Of a DNA stretch of 64,000 bases, positions 59,709 through 64,000 are shown piece after piece. The notes below the pieces were generated by a model. That model did no database searches. It saw only the letters and a program-made list of their open reading frames with translations, and was not told the origin of the DNA. A program made the translations under genes and the position numbers. The number at the start of each line of letters is the position of its first letter. Position 1 is the stretch's first letter. This DNA is from an uncultured delta proteobacterium (lineage in GTDB: Bacteria > Desulfobacterota > Desulfobaccia > Desulfobaccales > 0-14-0-80-60-11): contig CAWETI010000002.1 of assembly GCA_963812015.1 (NCBI GenBank), positions 1,568,001 through 1,632,000 on the forward strand. The letters run 5' to 3'.

Positions 59709-60580
59709 ATCATCTCTTCGACATCTTCCTGGCCCCCTTCCTGGACTTCATCTTCATGCGTCACGCCCTGGTCGCCTGCATGGCGCTGGCCCTGGGATGC
59801 GGGCCCATCGGTGTGCTCCTGGTCCTCAGGCGCATGAGCCTGGTGGGCGACGCCCTTTCCCATGCGGTGTTGCCGGGGGCGGCAGTCGGCTTCCTGGTTG
59901 CCGGCCTATCCCTCTATGCCATGACGGTGGGAGGCATCGTGGCGGGGCTCGCAGTAGCCCTGCTGGCAGGCATGGTCACCCGCCTCACGATGCTGCGGGA
60001 GGATGCCAGCTTTGCGGCCTTGTACTTAATTTCGCTATCTTTGGGGGTCCTCATCGTCTCGCTGCGCGGCAGCAGCATCGATCTTATGCATGTGCTCTTT
60101 GGCACTATCCTGGCGGTGGATGATGCCGCCCTGATTCTGGTCGCCGCCATTACCACGGTGACGCTTGCGATCCTGGCGATTATCTACCGGCCTCTCATCG
60201 TCGAATGCTTCGATCCCGGCTATCTGAGGTCCGTAGTGGGGCGGGGCACGGTCATGCACTTTACCTTCTTGGTCCTGGTAGTCCTCAACCTGGTGGCGGG
60301 GTTCCAGGCCCTGGGTACCCTGATGGCAGTAGGTCTGATGATGGTGCCGGCGGTATCCGCCCGCTTCTGGGCCAGACAGGTATGGTCCATGGCCATGGTG
60401 GCCGTGGTTATCGCACTGCTGTCCGGATATACCGGGCTGTTGCTTTCCTTCCACGCCAACCTCCCCTCCGGGCCTTCGATCATTCTCACCGCAGGCTTTT
60501 ACTACATTTTCTCCGTCATCTTTGGCAGGCTTGGCAGCATCTACAACCGTCGCAGACCAGACCTCCATCTGGGGGGCTGA
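59705..60580 (+). CDS. Zn/Mn ABC transporter permease (ZnuB/AztB-like)
   Basis: RRMSLVGDALSHAVLPG, LFG.IL, FDP, PSGP.I. Confidence 0.93.
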   Translation: MNHLFDIFLAPFLDFIFMRHALVACMALALGCGPIGVLLVLRRMSLVGDALSHAVLPGAAVGFLVAGLSLYAMTVGGIVAGLAVALLAGMVTRLTMLREDASFAALYLISLSLGVLIVSLRGSSIDLMHVLFGTILAVDDAALILVAAITTVTLAILAIIYRPLIVECFDPGYLRSVVGRGTVMHFTFLVLVVLNLVAGFQALGTLMAVGLMMVPAVSARFWARQVWSMAMVAVVIALLSGYTGLLLSFHANLPSGPSIILTAGFYYIFSVIFGRLGSIYNRRRPDLHLGG

Positions 60581-60606
60581 ATTCTTGATTCAGGAGGACA
60601 AAGATT

Positions 60607-61539
60607 ATGCCGGTCATTGTCAGGGGTCTCATGTTCTTTTTGGCCCTCTGCCTGGCTGGAAGCGGTACCCAGGCAAGAGCCGAGAAAAAGGTCAAAGTAA
60701 TCGCCAGTTTTAGCATTCTCGGCGATATGGTCAAAAATGTGGGCGGCGATCGGGTGGAGGTTACCGCCCTGGTGGGTCCCAACGGTGACGCCCATGTTTA
60801 CGAGCCGACCCCTGCCGATGCCAAGGCCGTGAGCGCCGCCGACCTGGTTATCGTCAATGGGCTGGGTATGGAGGGCTGGATGGACCGACTCATCAAGACG
60901 TCCGGCTATAAGGGGCCCATCGTGGTGGCCACCAAAGGAATCAAACCTCGGGAAATGACCAAAGAAGAGGAAGCGGAACACGAGCATGGCGCCAAGCACG
61001 AGCATAAGATCGACCCCCATGCCTGGCAAAATTTGAGCAACGGCCTGATCTATGTGGACACCATCGCCAAGGGGCTCAGTTCGGTGGATGCCGCAGGCAC
61101 CCCCGTCTACCAGGCCAATGCCGCCGCCTATAAGACCAAGCTCGCCGAACTGGACAAGTGGGTGAAAATGGAGTTCGCCGCCATCCCTAAAGCCAAACGC
61201 CGCATGATCACTACCCACGACGCCTTTGGCTATTTCGGCGCGGCCTATGGCATCACCATTCTCTCCCCCGTGGGCTTTAGCACCGAAAGTGAAGCCGCCG
61301 CCGGCGATATCGCCAAGCTCATCAAACAGATCCGTAAGGAAAAAATCACCGCGGTCTTCATCGAGAACGTCACCGACCCACGCCTCATGCAGCAAGTCGC
61401 CAAGGAAAGCGGCGTGACCTTAGGTGGGGAACTCTATTCGGACGCCTTGTCCAAGCCGGATGAAGCGGCCCCGACCTATATCGACATGTTCAAGAACAAC
61501 GTCACCAAAATTGTGGCTGCCATGCGGATAGGCTTCTAA
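60607..61539 (+). CDS. Zn/Mn ABC transporter substrate-binding protein (ZnuA/AztC-like)
   Basis: Signal peptide, DAHVYEP, His/Glu loop, DPHAW, HDAFGYF, LYSDAL. Confidence 0.94.
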   Translation: MPVIVRGLMFFLALCLAGSGTQARAEKKVKVIASFSILGDMVKNVGGDRVEVTALVGPNGDAHVYEPTPADAKAVSAADLVIVNGLGMEGWMDRLIKTSGYKGPIVVATKGIKPREMTKEEEAEHEHGAKHEHKIDPHAWQNLSNGLIYVDTIAKGLSSVDAAGTPVYQANAAAYKTKLAELDKWVKMEFAAIPKAKRRMITTHDAFGYFGAAYGITILSPVGFSTESEAAAGDIAKLIKQIRKEKITAVFIENVTDPRLMQQVAKESGVTLGGELYSDALSKPDEAAPTYIDMFKNNVTKIVAAMRIGF

Positions 61540-61707
61540 AATAAACGCCCGCCAGGAGCGCTGCTGCTCAGCTGGCATCTTTACTTCTTCCTGACTGAAT
61601 CAGCTTTTTTCCAAAACCATGATCGTTGGGGCAGTGTTGCGATTGCATCGGATTTTTTGAACCAACCCAATATGCTATAATTCCTCCATCAAGAATGAGG
61701 GCAGGCT

Positions 61708-62580
61708 ATGTGTATCTTTTGCGGGGGTCAATGCGGCGGCTTGGGAGAGTTTCTCATTTCCCTGGGTTTGCCGTTTCTAGCGTTATATTTTTCGAGAATC
61801 AAGAGGGCGCTGGCAAAAATAAAAAATAAAATTCTGCGAAGAGACCTTCCAGGGGCAGTGCTGGATGAGCCAATTACCTGTAAATGTTGTGGGGAGGCCC
61901 TACGGGACTGCAGGGGGATATCTGCTCAGTCACTTGATCGTGAAAACTTAGAGCAACTTGAACTGAAATTTCAAGACAATGAATCGGCAGAAATCTCAAT
62001 GTCAATAGAAACAAAAAAGCCTAATAATCAAATAAGATTAGAAACTGAAACGGGGCTAAAAGGCGTCAAAGGCTGGTTATTATTGCTGTGTCTAAATCTT
62101 ACTATATTTATTCCTGCATCATATCTTTATCAATTTAATTGTATTCTCGATTTATATAATTCTACCAGGAATAAAATATTACTCTTAATGTTCAAGAAAC
62201 TACTATTATTTAATATAGCGACTGGCGCCACGATGCTATTTTTGGCTATATTTAGTTTCTATGTGGGCATGAAGCTTTGGAATATCAAATCAGGAGCAGT
62301 GAGGATCGGCAAAGCATTTCTAATCATTCAATTATTTTTAATATTTATCATTACCATCATCCGGCCGTTCATGACATTCTCCATAGAACCCAAAGGAACG
62401 ATCTTTGGCGCTATATTATTAAGTCTTATACCGTCATTATTTCAGTTTGGCTTATGGTACTTATATTTAAGCAAATCTAGCCGAGTTTACAATACCTATA
62501 GGGGGACCGAAGAAAAGAGATCAAGCATCATGCCGCCCCCGACAAAATTAGACAGTTATACAGAACTTAGCCAAGGATAA
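61708..62580 (+). CDS. Membrane protein with Cys-rich N-terminus and DUF2569-like C-terminal domain
   Basis: MCIFCGGQC, CKCC; GVKGWLL..WYLYL.KS.RV.NTY; AT-rich. Confidence 0.65.
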   Translation: MCIFCGGQCGGLGEFLISLGLPFLALYFSRIKRALAKIKNKILRRDLPGAVLDEPITCKCCGEALRDCRGISAQSLDRENLEQLELKFQDNESAEISMSIETKKPNNQIRLETETGLKGVKGWLLLLCLNLTIFIPASYLYQFNCILDLYNSTRNKILLLMFKKLLLFNIATGATMLFLAIFSFYVGMKLWNIKSGAVRIGKAFLIIQLFLIFIITIIRPFMTFSIEPKGTIFGAILLSLIPSLFQFGLWYLYLSKSSRVYNTYRGTEEKRSSIMPPPTKLDSYTELSQG

Positions 62581-62854
62581 AGCTGGCGCCGTGCTGCAGT
62601 AAGTTCCAAAGGCACCAATGATAAAGCCGCCCTGAGAATACCCAGGGGTTAGCAGGAGTTGCTATCCCCTTTAAATTTTTTATATCAGTCCTCAGAGGAG
62701 CCAAGGTACTGGGTGCCATGTGCATGTTCATGGCTGGGTCGGGGTGGGGCACAATCTGGTGCAAATAAGCACTGCTGAGCACTTTAGATGATAGAAAAAC
62801 AACTCAACGGGAAAAAACTTCACCAGCGTCAAGTAGACGCACTCTAAGATCGCT

Positions 62855-63823
62855 ATGAATCAAGACGTACAACTTTTCACCTCCACAGCGACCGCGGTAT
62901 TCTTGGAGGCCTCTCCCTTTTTACTTTTGGGAGCATTGCTTTCGTCTGTTTTTGAGGTTTATCTGCCGTCGGATCGCCTGGAGAAGTTTATGCCCAAGGG
63001 CCTTCTCTTAGGCCTGCTTTTCGGGCTGAGTGCCGGGATGTTGATCCCCACCTGCGAATGTGGCGTGGTTTCTATCGTGCGCCGGTTATTGAAAAAGGGC
63101 GTCCCACCACATGTGGCGATGACCTATATGCTCTCGGCGCCGGTTATCAATCCGCTGACCATAGCTGCCACCTATATTGCTTTTCGTGGGAATATCTGGA
63201 TGGTTCTGGGGAGAATCGGTATAGTTGCGGCCTGCGCCTCCTGTATAGGACTGGCCTTGGCCAGGATCAATCCAGTTCTGCTGCTGCGAGGGAGGGAAAC
63301 CGAGCCGGACCTCTGTGATCATGGCCACACAATTTGTCGCCCTGCCGATGTGAACCATATGCCTCACGCCCGTCTTGATGTGGCCCAGGGGTGTAGCTGC
63401 GGTTGTGCCATCCCCAAAGGCTCCAGGCTGATACAGGTTTTCCAGCATACAGCTTCGGAGTTCTTAGATATGGGGACGTATCTCATTATAGGCGCTTTGG
63501 CGGTCGGTTTTTTCAGGGCCGTGCTCCACCAAGAGTGGCTGGCTTTTTTTCAAGACAACGTCTTCCTGGCCATTGGGATGATGATGTTACTGGCTTTTTT
63601 TCTGTCCATTTGCTCGCAAGCCGATGCCTTTGTGGCAGCATCCTTTGTCACTTTTCCCGTTGTGGCCCAGCTCTCCTTCGTAACGCTTGGGCCAATGGTT
63701 GACCTTAAACTCGTCGCCATGTATGGGGCGGTGTTCCGCAAGCGCATAGCGCTCACGCTCATCTTTGTGCCGATAATCCTTATTTATATTTTATCGCTCC
63801 TGCTGGGGATAGTGATCAGGTAA
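62855..63823 (+). CDS. Predicted permease (DUF318/YcgR-like)
   Basis: EA.PFL..G, PTCECG, P.INP, His/Cys-rich loop, CSQADAF, GPMVD.K. Confidence 0.88.
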   Translation: MNQDVQLFTSTATAVFLEASPFLLLGALLSSVFEVYLPSDRLEKFMPKGLLLGLLFGLSAGMLIPTCECGVVSIVRRLLKKGVPPHVAMTYMLSAPVINPLTIAATYIAFRGNIWMVLGRIGIVAACASCIGLALARINPVLLLRGRETEPDLCDHGHTICRPADVNHMPHARLDVAQGCSCGCAIPKGSRLIQVFQHTASEFLDMGTYLIIGALAVGFFRAVLHQEWLAFFQDNVFLAIGMMMLLAFFLSICSQADAFVAASFVTFPVVAQLSFVTLGPMVDLKLVAMYGAVFRKRIALTLIFVPIILIYILSLLLGIVIR

Positions 63824-64000
63824 TGATGGGACGAATCGGTGGAATTATAGAAGGACTCATTCTGCTGGCGATAGGTGTCTATGCCGGTCTGCTGGTTATT
63901 TACGGGGATTATTGGCGGTTTCTGAATCCTAAATTTAAATGGCTGACCGGTTTGACCGCGGCCATGCTGATTCTTATAGGCACAATAGCCATCTTCAAGA
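63823..64000 (+). CDS. YcgQ/DUF1980-like membrane protein (3' truncated)
   Basis: TAATG overlap with the permease stop; TM-G...FLNP-TM pattern. Confidence 0.6.
   Translation, partial: MMGRIGGIIEGLILLAIGVYAGLLVIYGDYWRFLNPKFKWLTGLTAAMLILIGTIAIFK

Overview
Genomic window from a GC-rich, probably anaerobic deltaproteobacterium (Desulfobacterota-like; inferred from rubredoxin, rubrerythrin, desulfoferrodoxin, SQR and a sigma54 PAS activator). 1-39 kb is mostly core genome: rhodanese/MauE, K+-independent H+-PPase, LPS and nucleotide-sugar genes, an ATP-grasp/7TM-transglutaminase/aspartyl-protease triad, mutM, an oxidative-stress cluster behind an OrpR-like activator, paaK, two tRNA-Ser genes, an MFS transporter and a Pat-type acetyltransferase. 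This part is interrupted at 4.4-6.6 kb by a GxxExxY gene and an MTase-REase gene bracketed by 8-bp-unit inverted repeats. From about 40.6 kb, after an IS3 remnant and a tRNA 3'-end (att-like) fragment, lies an integrated, capsid-less, phage-satellite-like island: FseA-like activator, Xre HTH, excisionase-like protein, replication initiator with internal iteron-like repeats, DnaB, PC4, Gp37/68 and a TerS-like gene. Its cargo is a FokI-type nuclease fusion, a helicase-less Type ISP-like R-M enzyme and an unrecognised AT-rich three-gene module (small protein, frameshifted repeat-domain/HExxH protein, HD hydrolase), which is the best candidate for an undescribed system. A pac/cos-like non-coding tract and a Zur-type zinc uptake cluster follow. 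The island integrase and the intact tRNA are not in the window. All family calls come from motif recognition by eye; no database searches were run.
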